38,286 nucleotides of DNA. Source: a virus (lineage: Duplodnaviria > Caudoviricetes). Positions 18,854-27,427 of this stretch are shown piece by piece. A program made the position numbers and the translations under genes. The notes beneath the pieces were generated by a model that worked only from the letters and a program-made list of their open reading frames with translations, did not search any database and had not been told where the DNA came from. The stretch lies in IMG/VR virus record IMGVR_UViG_3300030433_001628, positions 1 to 38,286 of that record; one strand, written 5' to 3'. Position 1 is the first letter of the stretch; every line of letters begins with the position of its first letter.

Positions 18854-19721
18854 TTATAGTCTCCTTATATTGATTGCAAAAATCAGCAACACCGCAGTAA
18901 TTGTTTTTACATCGTGCGCTCTCCCCTGCACGAAACTCAATTTCGTACAAATGCTTGTCTTTTAGATTATCTAAAAATTGTTCTGCGTTTTCTCTATCTT
19001 CGAATCTTTTCTTAGCCTTCTTGTTGCTTGGTTTCTTTACAGCGTACACATCTGGCTTTGACCACATTTCATCTTTGGTGCATAAGACCATGCCATCGTT
19101 TAAATCAAACAACTGCCTAGCGTTCTGGTGTAACGCTATTCTATCCTCTACATACGCTGTGCGCTCTTCTAAGCTCCATAGAGGTATATCTACGACTGCT
19201 ATGGGGGTCTGGGGGTAATCTGGTCTAAGGGAAGCCTCACGCCTATTCCAGTCTCTTAGAATGGCACATATCTGTATGCTGTTTACTGGTATCTGTTCTT
19301 CCATCTCAAGAAGATAGGCATACACATTTAACTGATTGACCCATTCCTGCTTGTTAAATATCACAGACCAAACAGATGTAACCTTGTAATCAGTGATTCG
19401 CAAAGCGTTGTCTTTTATTTCGTATTGGTCTACTTGACCAGATAGAACCCAACCATCTACATCTCTGTATAACCTTTTCTCCTTTACAACATTCTCTCCA
19501 ACTGCTCCCTCAAGAACAGCATGAACAGCAGTGCCGAACAAAGCCCAAACCATATCCATTGCATCTGTTGTTAATTCTTCTTTGTGACGTTCACGCATCA
19601 AAAGTATTCTGGGTGAATCAATTAATTGTGTGACTGATATATCCGAATCACCTTTGGAATATTTGTCACTACGAGCATAGTTCACAAAAGCATCGGGAAG
19701 CCCGTGATTGTTAGTAATCAT
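18846..19721 (-). CDS. PD-(D/E)XK nuclease (Cas4/RecB-like phage exonuclease)
   Basis: GTAVH, GQVD, ITDYK and QLNVY motifs; C-terminal Cys cluster RCKNNYCGVADFC. Confidence 0.85.
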   Translation of the reverse strand: MITNNHGLPDAFVNYARSDKYSKGDSDISVTQLIDSPRILLMRERHKEELTTDAMDMVWALFGTAVHAVLEGAVGENVVKEKRLYRDVDGWVLSGQVDQYEIKDNALRITDYKVTSVWSVIFNKQEWVNQLNVYAYLLEMEEQIPVNSIQICAILRDWNRREASLRPDYPQTPIAVVDIPLWSLEERTAYVEDRIALHQNARQLFDLNDGMVLCTKDEMWSKPDVYAVKKPSNKKAKKRFEDRENAEQFLDNLKDKHLYEIEFRAGESARCKNNYCGVADFCNQYKETINE

Positions 19722-19776
19722 TGTATACCTATGTTTTTTCTTTTATAGTTTTTAAAAACAAAAATAGGTATTTAAA

Positions 19777-20193
19777 ATGGCAGTGTCAATACAAAATAGT
19801 ACAAAAAAATGTTTTAATGTTATTTTTACAATAAAAGGTGAGCCTGCAAGCAAAGCTAATTCACGCAAGTTGGTTATGATAAATAAGAGAATAGTGCCTA
19901 TTAAGTCACAAAAAGCTCTGGACTATGTAAAGTATTTTGCGGAACAGATACCCACCATAGACCCCCTAACTGAAGAATACGTCAAAGTTGAAATGATGAT
20001 TTATTATAAGTCACGCAGACCAGACCTAGACGAATCATTAATACTAGATTGTATGCAAAACAAAGTTTACTACAACGACAGACAAGTTAAAGAGAAGCAC
20101 ATATACTGGGGTCTTGATAAAGAAAACCCTAGAACAATTATTAGAGTTACAGAGTTTGACGCAAGCAAAATTCCTGACTACTTGACAATATAA
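19777..20193 (+). CDS. rusA: RusA-like Holliday junction resolvase
   Basis: GEPASKANSR, RRPDLD..ILDCMQ..YYNDRQV..DKENPRT pattern. Confidence 0.8.
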   Translation: MAVSIQNSTKKCFNVIFTIKGEPASKANSRKLVMINKRIVPIKSQKALDYVKYFAEQIPTIDPLTEEYVKVEMMIYYKSRRPDLDESLILDCMQNKVYYNDRQVKEKHIYWGLDKENPRTIIRVTEFDASKIPDYLTI

Positions 20194-20210
20194 AAATCAT
20201 TTCTAATAAT
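20182..20210 (+). promoter_or_regulatory. Putative sigma70 promoter for the primase-helicase
   Basis: TTGACA at 20182-20187, 16-17 nt spacer, TAATAAT at 20204-20210. Confidence 0.45.
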
Positions 20211-20233
20211 GACCAAATCAGAGTCGAGGAATC

Positions 20234-21970
20234 ATGGAACAAGCAAAAATAAGCGTCATGGTTCAAAATTTAGGTATAGGTCAGCACAAGATACATTGCC
20301 CTAGTTTTGATTGTCGTGACAGAAAAAAGAAGAATTTAAAAACGTTAGCAGTAAAAGTTGACTACGATGGTTTTGTTTATTACTGCCATCATTGTGACTT
20401 TCGTGGTTCTGAAAATAAAAAGAAAAAAGTAGAGGTAGAACCAATGACCGTTATGAAAGATATTCAAGAAAAAGATTTAAGTATCAATAGCTTACAGTGG
20501 TTAAGTGATAGAGGTATTAGTGAAGATACAGCAAAGAAACTAGATTTAAAAACAGCGAAAAATTATATTACATCGGTTGGCAGCGAAACCGAATGTTTAA
20601 TATTTCCGTATACAAACAAAGGTCATGTCTACGCTTCAAAGATACGTTCAATATCTGATAAAGGGTTTGCCTGCAACGGTTCACCACAGAGTTTTTTTAA
20701 TATTGATAACATAGATACTTCTCAACCTTTAGTGGTCGTTGAAGGTGAAATGGACACGCTTGCAGTTATACAAGCTGGTTACGATAATGTGGTTTCTGTT
20801 CCCAACGGTAGTGTTATGAAAGTTGTTGATGGCGAGATAGACCCTCAGTCAGATGGAAAGTTTAGGTTTATTTGGAACGCTAAAGAAGTCATAGAGAACA
20901 CAGAAAAAATAATTATTGCTACTGACAACGACTCTGCTGGCAAGGCTATGTCAGAGGAAATGGCTAGGCGTATAGGAAGACATAAATGTTTTAGATTAGA
21001 CTTCCCAGAAGATTGCAAAGATGCAAATGAAGTTCTACTCAAAAAAGGTGCTATGGAACTTTTAACGCTTATAGATGAAGCCAGAGCATTTCCAGTTTCT
21101 GGGTTGTATGATGCAGATCATTTTTATAAAAGTTTGGATAAACTATATGAAGAGGGTTACGGCAGAGGCGAGTCGACAGGGTATTCAGATGTAGACGAGC
21201 TGTATACAGTTGTAACAGGTCAGATGACAGTAGTGACTGGTCATCCCTCCTCTGGTAAGAGTGAGTTCATAGATCAAATCATGGTAAACCTTGCAAAGTC
21301 TAAAGGTTGGAAGTTTGCAGTCTGTAGCTTCGAGAACCAACCTAGTATTCAAATAGCCAAACTAATATCAAAATATTGTCAAAAGCCATTCTTTGAGGGT
21401 ATGTCTCCAAGACTGGACAAGAATGATCTTAAAATTGGAAAAGAATTCGTGCAAAATTATTTTAGTTTTGTGCATCAGGCTGATGGCTCTCTCGCGTCAC
21501 TACCATCAATAATAGAAAGATTAAAGACAAGTGTTCTTCGTATGGGTTGTAGAGGTGTAATCATTGACCCCTATAACTATATCAGTAGACCAGATGTAAA
21601 GGAAACAGATTGGGTATCAGAAATGCTTACTTCGCTGCGTACTTTCGCACAAAGTTATGACGTACATTTATGGCTCATAGCCCACCCAACTAAGATGATG
21701 AGAGACTCAAGTGGAAACATACCAGTTCCTAAAGGGAATGATATTAGTGGTTCTGCGCACTTCTTTAGTAAGACAGATGTAGGACTTACAGTTCATAGAC
21801 CCAATCCCTCTGGATCAAATCTAGCAGAGATACATTGTTGGAAGTGCAGATACTCTTGGGTAGGCAAGCAGGGTGAAACTACATTGAACTACAATTCTGT
21901 TACCACGAGCTACAAGCCAAGGCTTCAAAAAGTTACCGATAACTTTTTAGATGATGATTGTCCACTCTAG
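20234..21970 (+). CDS. Primase-helicase (T7 gp4/Twinkle-like)
   Basis: N-terminal Zn finger CPSFDC..CHHC; TOPRIM VEGEMD and ATDND; Walker A GHPSSGKS; IIDPYN; AHPTK; SGSAHFFSKTD. Confidence 0.93.
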   Translation: MEQAKISVMVQNLGIGQHKIHCPSFDCRDRKKKNLKTLAVKVDYDGFVYYCHHCDFRGSENKKKKVEVEPMTVMKDIQEKDLSINSLQWLSDRGISEDTAKKLDLKTAKNYITSVGSETECLIFPYTNKGHVYASKIRSISDKGFACNGSPQSFFNIDNIDTSQPLVVVEGEMDTLAVIQAGYDNVVSVPNGSVMKVVDGEIDPQSDGKFRFIWNAKEVIENTEKIIIATDNDSAGKAMSEEMARRIGRHKCFRLDFPEDCKDANEVLLKKGAMELLTLIDEARAFPVSGLYDADHFYKSLDKLYEEGYGRGESTGYSDVDELYTVVTGQMTVVTGHPSSGKSEFIDQIMVNLAKSKGWKFAVCSFENQPSIQIAKLISKYCQKPFFEGMSPRLDKNDLKIGKEFVQNYFSFVHQADGSLASLPSIIERLKTSVLRMGCRGVIIDPYNYISRPDVKETDWVSEMLTSLRTFAQSYDVHLWLIAHPTKMMRDSSGNIPVPKGNDISGSAHFFSKTDVGLTVHRPNPSGSNLAEIHCWKCRYSWVGKQGETTLNYNSVTTSYKPRLQKVTDNFLDDDCPL

Positions 21971-22102
21971 GTGATATGGTTGATATACTTGATATATCAT
22001 TCCTTACCTGGGAGCCCGTGATGGGGTTGCAATAAGGTGGCTACGATAAGTTGGCTACGATATGATGATAAGTCCATTGCCCTCTGAAAAAACTGTATTT
22101 TG

Positions 22103-22210
22103 TTGACAAAAAGCTTAAACATACGATATATAGTGTTTGAGAATACCTATTAGTTTTTTCACTCTGATAAACTTGGACTCCTAGATTAATTTTAGGAGTC
22201 CATTTTTTTT
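22103..22210 (+). ncRNA. Candidate small RNA (~75 nt) with its own promoter and terminator
   Basis: TTGACA at 22103-22108, TATATA at 22127-22132; no convincing ORF; contains TTTTTTCACTCT; ends in an intrinsic terminator. Confidence 0.4.
22174..22210 (+). terminator. Rho-independent terminator
   Basis: Stem tggactccta / taggagtcca followed by T8. Confidence 0.85.
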
Positions 22211-22336
22211 ATCCGTTGTGGGTAAGGAAGCAGTGTTGCATATTTACGTTTCATTATTTGGGCTCAAAAAAGTTACTATATAACTTTTTGAATCCCCTAT
22301 GCTGCGTGACCTGTAAAAGGGAATCAAAAAAAGAGC

Positions 22337-22369
22337 AAAAAAAAACCCCATGCAAAACGCATAGGGTTT
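22337..22369 (-). terminator. Rho-independent terminator of the leftward early operon
   Basis: Minus strand aaaccctatgc-gtttt-gcatggggttt plus U-run; the G-U pair forms only on the minus strand. Confidence 0.75.
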
Positions 22370-22384
22370 AGTTGGGAGGAAAGA

Positions 22385-22492
22385 GCCTGCTAAAAAATAG
22401 GGGTAGGCATTGTCTAGGATAGTGTCGGAAACCTACCCCCAAGTTTTCCAATAGGCAAGGGAGTGAGACCCTAGCAGGCAGTTGCCTATTGG
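22385..22492. ncRNA. Candidate pseudoknotted structured RNA
   Basis: Four perfect helices: 22448-22458/22482-22492, 22385-22392/22472-22479, 22459-22461/22469-22471, 22400-22407/22432-22439; the first two cross. Confidence 0.5.
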
Positions 22493-22506
22493 TGTTCTAT
22501 AATACA

Positions 22507-22983
22507 TTAAGAAGATTTTTTCTCAATGCTTTCGGTAATCTTTTTGTACTTGGCTAATTCTCCACGACTCCTAAATACAAAAAATTTATTGGCAAACTTT
22601 ACTAGATCACTATTCTTTAACTCTTTTAAATTTTTATAATCAGATAAAGAAAAAGTATTAATCAATTCTAGTATTTGTTCCAGAGTATATGTTTCATCTT
22701 GATCGGAGTCAGACTCCCATAAATGAACCGTACCAATTTCTATAGCTAATTCTTTTCGTATTCTAGCCATCTTACTTTCATTAAGTACTTTTAGTTTCTC
22801 TTGTCTTTCTTCTCTGTTACGAATCCAGAGTTCCCTTTTGAGAAACTTTATTTCTCTCTCTAGTTTATGTTCTCTGTAGTCTCTAATTTCCATATGTTCT
22901 CTATGTATACGTTTATGAAAATCTAACTCAGACTCTTCAAACTCTCTATTAAGATCGGCTCTTGATAATTTTCTTACTGCCAT
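22507..22983 (-). CDS. Hypothetical protein (coiled-coil, charged)
   Basis: ORF track; GGGAGAG SD; last gene of the leftward operon. Confidence 0.7.
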   Translation of the reverse strand: MAVRKLSRADLNREFEESELDFHKRIHREHMEIRDYREHKLEREIKFLKRELWIRNREERQEKLKVLNESKMARIRKELAIEIGTVHLWESDSDQDETYTLEQILELINTFSLSDYKNLKELKNSDLVKFANKFFVFRSRGELAKYKKITESIEKKSS

Positions 22984-23330
22984 TCTAATCTCTCCCTAAA
23001 GCTAAATTCTAATACTCCAAAATCTTTTCTATCTGGTGGCAATTGGTTTATCTGTAACCCTTTCAATAATGCGTAGTTTATAAAATGATAGAAAGAGTCA
23101 TTAGACTCATCTTCATTAACAAAAGCTAAATCAACTTCAAAAGCATTAGCGATTATTGAGTCATTGATAATTACGTTACCATCATCTTTATAATCCGATA
23201 GGGCAATGTGCGCCCTATCAGTTATAAAAAGCATAAAATTATATTTAGGAGTCATATAAGTATCTGGTAAAGTATCTCTCAGAATATCTAAGCCAGATGA
23301 CTTAAACCTTTTCTTTATATATGCGCTCAT
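22974..23330 (-). CDS. Hypothetical protein
   Basis: ORF track; AAGGAG SD. Confidence 0.7.
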   Translation of the reverse strand: MSAYIKKRFKSSGLDILRDTLPDTYMTPKYNFMLFITDRAHIALSDYKDDGNVIINDSIIANAFEVDLAFVNEDESNDSFYHFINYALLKGLQINQLPPDRKDFGVLEFSFRERLEWQ

Positions 23331-23334
23331 TAAA

Positions 23335-23556
23335 TTACTCCTTAACTATATCTTTTCCATAATCGTAAAAATAATTTTTTATAAAATTTTCAACATCAAT
23401 TTCTAATTGGGTTAAGTCATAAGAAAGACTATCTTCAATAGATGTTTCTTTGTTGATAGCACCAATATCAATTTTTCTTTTACGCAACTCTTCAACATCA
23501 ATATTTATTTCTGTTACAAATTTTTGTTTATGAAACTTTGGGTTTAATATTTTCAT
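23335..23556 (-). CDS. Hypothetical protein
   Basis: ORF track 23335..23562; ATG 23556 is better spaced from the AAGGAGTG SD. Confidence 0.7.
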   Translation of the reverse strand: MKILNPKFHKQKFVTEINIDVEELRKRKIDIGAINKETSIEDSLSYDLTQLEIDVENFIKNYFYDYGKDIVKE

Positions 23557-23695
23557 AATCAATTCACTCCTTTTTGTTTTTGTTATCGATACTAATTGTA
23601 TCTATATAGAGATAAAAAAGTTACCATATAACTTTTTGCAACCCTTGTATGGTACTCAGGTTGCAAAAGATTTATCTCTATAAGGTTACAATTAT

Positions 23696-23884
23696 TTAAG
23701 CATCTGCACCCCATGCGCCAACCAATATTCCTAGGAAGTCAATCAGCAAAAAAACAGATAAACCATTTAGTTTATCAATCTCTCCATAAAACATGGCATG
23801 GGTTACAAAGTAAGCTAGAGGGAAAAAAGCTATAGCAGAGACTATAAAAATTTTCCCAAAGATATTTCGATTCCACATTTCCAT
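23696..23884 (-). CDS. Small membrane protein (2 predicted TM)
   Basis: ORF track 23696..23962; likely start MEMWNRN at 23884 with GGGGA SD and TAATG coupling. Confidence 0.65.
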   Translation of the reverse strand: MEMWNRNIFGKIFIVSAIAFFPLAYFVTHAMFYGEIDKLNGLSVFLLIDFLGILVGAWGADA

Positions 23885-23991
23885 TAGTAGTCCCCCAAAT
23901 AAAGAGAGAGGACTACCCAACAAGCAATTATAGAACCAATAAGAAGAACAAAACTTATACAACTTAATATCTCTTCAAAATCATATTTCAT
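23884..23991 (-). CDS. 35-aa single-TM peptide (not in ORF track)
   Basis: MKYDFEEILSCISFVLLIGSIIACWVVLSLYLGDY*; GGGGA SD; exactly fills the gap between 23993 and 23884. Confidence 0.6.
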   Translation of the reverse strand: MKYDFEEILSCISFVLLIGSIIACWVVLSLYLGDY

Positions 23992-23992
23992 T

Positions 23993-24811
23993 TTATTCCC
24001 CCAATATAGACTTCATTACTTTAGCATTGGTTCTTCTGCTCAATAAACTTTCTGCTTTGTGAACATTGTGACCAACTCCAAAAGTATAATTTCCTGCTAT
24101 GTCCTGCTTAATCAAAACTACTTGATCGGATAATAATTCTGGGGAAAAAGCATAGCCATATTCCTTATCTCTTTTCTTATATGCAGGGTCTAAAAGTGTT
24201 CCTCTAAAACAACTAATATTTTTCTCTTTGAGATATTTGTTATCTTCTTTTACTAGGTTAATAGTAAAATAGGTTCTTCTTCCAGACGGTATATAATGAA
24301 GATTATTATCAGCTATCTTTTTATGCCAAGTAATAGGAATAGTAATTTTATGGTTATTGTAATAACTACTCTCTCTGGTGGCAGTTAGAGAACAAGCAAA
24401 ACCATGTTTGTCAGTACAAACTTCTGCTTTTAATTCTCCAGATGCTCTAGGAAAAAATCTGGCAAAAAGATTTTCAAAACGACTTTTAGCATCTTCTTTT
24501 GCTTTTTCGTAAACTGATAGTTTCTTTTCTGCTTTTGAAAAATTTTCCCTAACACTCCTAATAAATTCACATAGGGTAACTATTCTTTCTAAGGAATCCA
24601 TAATATTAATACCTATACTGCCATTACAAGAATCTCTAAAATTTTGTAACCATTCTTCTACAGATTTGTTAGGCGAATGTAACTTTAATTCTGCTCTTCC
24701 ATAATGATCTTTTTTAGTATTAGTAATATGCTTTCTAACTTCAATGGGTACTTTATGAAGAGTACACAAGAAGTCTATTTCTTTATTAAGTTTATTTACT
24801 AATGTTTCCAA
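23993..24811 (-). CDS. Hypothetical protein
   Basis: 272 aa ORF, TTG start with AAAGGAGTGAAAA RBS. Confidence 0.75.
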   Translation of the reverse strand: METLVNKLNKEIDFLCTLHKVPIEVRKHITNTKKDHYGRAELKLHSPNKSVEEWLQNFRDSCNGSIGINIMDSLERIVTLCEFIRSVRENFSKAEKKLSVYEKAKEDAKSRFENLFARFFPRASGELKAEVCTDKHGFACSLTATRESSYYNNHKITIPITWHKKIADNNLHYIPSGRRTYFTINLVKEDNKYLKEKNISCFRGTLLDPAYKKRDKEYGYAFSPELLSDQVVLIKQDIAGNYTFGVGHNVHKAESLLSRRTNAKVMKSILGE

Positions 24812-24919
24812 TTTTCACTCCTTTAATAAATTGTATGGGAACAACCCCAAAAAGAATAAAAGAACCTTATTGCTCTTTTACTCTTCCAGAAGTTGTTAGG
24901 GGGGTAAACCCCCCCAACA

Positions 24920-26116
24920 TTATTTAATATGAATAGTCTGACCAAAGGGCGCAGGCAATCCATTCTCATTTACAGATACCCAAAGAACTGGATAGGCAGG
25001 GGGTTCTTTTGGATAATCCCAAATTTCCATATCTGAAAATATTATAAGCTTATCTATTTCCATCTGCTCTTTTTCTATGTAGTCAAATAATGGTGCTACA
25101 TTAGTTCCCCCTCTTCCTTTAATATCAAGCTTCTCAATAATCTCTCCCTTATCGAAAACTTGTACCTTGTCTTCTTTGACGTTACCATCAAAAGGAATTA
25201 CTGTAACCTGCTCTGGGGAAAACTTTTCAGATATGTAGTTTAATTCTGAAAAACCTTTTTGTAATTCCTTGTCACTAACAGAAGCAGATTGATCTTGACC
25301 CACAACCAGATGACCAGAACCAAAGCGATCAGAAGTAGGGTTAAGAACATCTAAGACTTCAAGAGCAACTTTATGTATTCTCTTATAGGAATAGTCTTCT
25401 GGTTGCTCTCCTCCAACAAACTTTTCTAGTTCTTCTTCCCATAATACTTGAGGTTCTAAAAGCTTATCTATAATTCCTTGTAGTTCAGCGGGAATTGTAC
25501 CCCTACCCCTATACTGACTAGCAGTAACAAGAATATCATCTATGGCTCTTTCTTGTCTCTTGATATCAGACTCTGACAAAGAGGTTCCATCTGATTTAGT
25601 TGGTTCGATAACGGCTCCCCATTCTGGCATTTCTCCAGAACCAGAGCCACCATTACCCCCCTCTTGTTCCTCTTCATCTTGAATACGACTATAACAAGTT
25701 TCTGCTCTAAGGGTTTTATATTTCTCTTCAAATAAACAATCTTTTGGCAATGCAAGCTTACCCCCATTGATACCTACTGCATCTAGTACAATAGGGTTAA
25801 TTACATAATCGCAAGCATAGTTCCATTTCTTGTGATCTCTGTTCTTCATTCTTAATGGGTGTTTCAAAATAATGTGTAAAACTTCATGAGCAAATACCCC
25901 TGCTAATTCTTGTGCGTTTATCTTCTGCACAAACTCCCTATTCCAGATGATGCTAGTTCCATCAGTAGCCATAGTTGAAACTCTTTCATTATCTTCAATA
26001 ACTTTAACACTCATTAAGATAGACCCATAAAAGGGAAACTCTTTGTTGAGATATGTTTTGGCTCTAGCCAAAGCAAAATCAACATCTTCTTTTGATACTT
26101 CATCTAATAAGTCCAT
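24920..26116 (-). CDS. Metallopeptidase-vWA protein (DUF2201-like)
   Basis: MATDG, AHEVLH (HExxH), WNYACDYVIN; C-terminal vWA MIDAS DQSAS, GRGGT, IIFSD. Confidence 0.88.
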   Translation of the reverse strand: MDLLDEVSKEDVDFALARAKTYLNKEFPFYGSILMSVKVIEDNERVSTMATDGTSIIWNREFVQKINAQELAGVFAHEVLHIILKHPLRMKNRDHKKWNYACDYVINPIVLDAVGINGGKLALPKDCLFEEKYKTLRAETCYSRIQDEEEQEGGNGGSGSGEMPEWGAVIEPTKSDGTSLSESDIKRQERAIDDILVTASQYRGRGTIPAELQGIIDKLLEPQVLWEEELEKFVGGEQPEDYSYKRIHKVALEVLDVLNPTSDRFGSGHLVVGQDQSASVSDKELQKGFSELNYISEKFSPEQVTVIPFDGNVKEDKVQVFDKGEIIEKLDIKGRGGTNVAPLFDYIEKEQMEIDKLIIFSDMEIWDYPKEPPAYPVLWVSVNENGLPAPFGQTIHIK

Positions 26117-26243
26117 TTTTTCACTCCTTTAATTATTAGATTGTCACAAGATTTATTATCTTGTTTGGTACACAAAAAAAGTTACATAGTAACTTTTTGT
26201 ATACTAAGCAAAATAATGGGGGGGTATGACCCCCCCAAAGTAT

Positions 26244-27341
26244 TTAAACAAACAAGTCCATATTTTGTGAACCGTCTTTATTAGAGTTTCTTAACCAACT
26301 TAATAAATCTTTGTTCTTCTTCATTTCCTTGTTTTGTCTAACAATATCCATAATGGCAATGCCTGCATATTCCTTTTGGGGAATACGATCTATATAGGTA
26401 ATAATATTTTTCATATTACTATTGTTAGCTTTTCCTGCTACTGCACCGATCAAAGCATATAAAACGTCTGGTTGCTCTGGTATCTTTGCAGTCGTTGGGT
26501 TTTGAATTAAGTTATCCAGATTCATAAACTCTGGAACATTCTTAATTATTTTTAAGAAAGCAGTAAAATCTTTCATGGCAGGCTCTCCAACTTGACCAGA
26601 TATTAACTCCCTTATTATGTGGGGAATATCTGAACTAGAAAACAAGTCAGAAAAATTAAACTTTAATATATTGGCTACTCTTTCCCAACTTCTAGGGGTA
26701 GGGTTAGAGTCTTGTGAGGGGTCGTTTACACAATAAAACTGCTCTCTGGCTCTAAGATATGCAATAACTTTGAAGTCACATTTTTTAGTAGCCATATAGT
26801 TACAAGTTGCTTCTCTGTTAGGCTCAATGTTGAAATAGGTTAGACAATCTTTTAAATGACTAGGGAGTCTATTTACCCCTGCTTTATCTTGTAACCTATT
26901 GCCTGCACAAACTACTGACCAACCGTCTGGAAGATGATGTTCCCCAACTCTTCTTTCATTTACCAACTGCCTACAAACATTAAGAACTGCTGTAGGTGCT
27001 TGTGGTAATTCATCTAGGAACAATACACCAGTTTTAAACCCATTGGCTACCTGCTTATCAATAGCAACTTTCCAATCTGGTGTTGCAACATGAACAGACT
27101 TTCTATCTTGTGAAGGTATTCTTTGACCCCCCAATTCAGTTGGGTCTACTTGTGCAACAACCAAAGAGAAGAACCCCCTCTTTGTTTCTAAGCAGGCTTG
27201 ATAGCCAGATGCAGTCTTTCCTAGTCCTTGCATACCTACAATATAGGGAACTATCCTAGTAGCATCTGTATCGCCTTTAGAAAGCGACTCATTGTGATTT
27301 AAGGTTGCTATTAAAGCTTTTTTACACTCTGTTATATTCAT
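26244..27341 (-). CDS. MoxR/AAA_5-like AAA+ ATPase
   Basis: Walker A GMQGLGKT, Walker B LFLDE, VCAGNR, PTPRSWE. Confidence 0.9.
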   Translation of the reverse strand: MNITECKKALIATLNHNESLSKGDTDATRIVPYIVGMQGLGKTASGYQACLETKRGFFSLVVAQVDPTELGGQRIPSQDRKSVHVATPDWKVAIDKQVANGFKTGVLFLDELPQAPTAVLNVCRQLVNERRVGEHHLPDGWSVVCAGNRLQDKAGVNRLPSHLKDCLTYFNIEPNREATCNYMATKKCDFKVIAYLRAREQFYCVNDPSQDSNPTPRSWERVANILKFNFSDLFSSSDIPHIIRELISGQVGEPAMKDFTAFLKIIKNVPEFMNLDNLIQNPTTAKIPEQPDVLYALIGAVAGKANNSNMKNIITYIDRIPQKEYAGIAIMDIVRQNKEMKKNKDLLSWLRNSNKDGSQNMDLFV

Positions 27342-27427
27342 TTTTCACTCCTTTATGTTTTATGAATATGATACCTAAAATTGGTATCTCTTAGGGGGTT
27401 AATCAAAACCCCCTATTAGATAACAAC

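Noticed and set aside
18846-19721. Cas4 as sign of a CRISPR-Cas system
   Set aside because: No array or other cas genes; sits in an ERF recombination module as is usual for phage nucleases
22385-22492. Canonical HDV-like/theta ribozyme call
   Set aside because: Helix order fits, but L3 lacks the consensus, J4/2 lacks the C-x-R-A catalytic strand and a 7-nt linker separates P1 from P4; kept only as an unknown structured RNA
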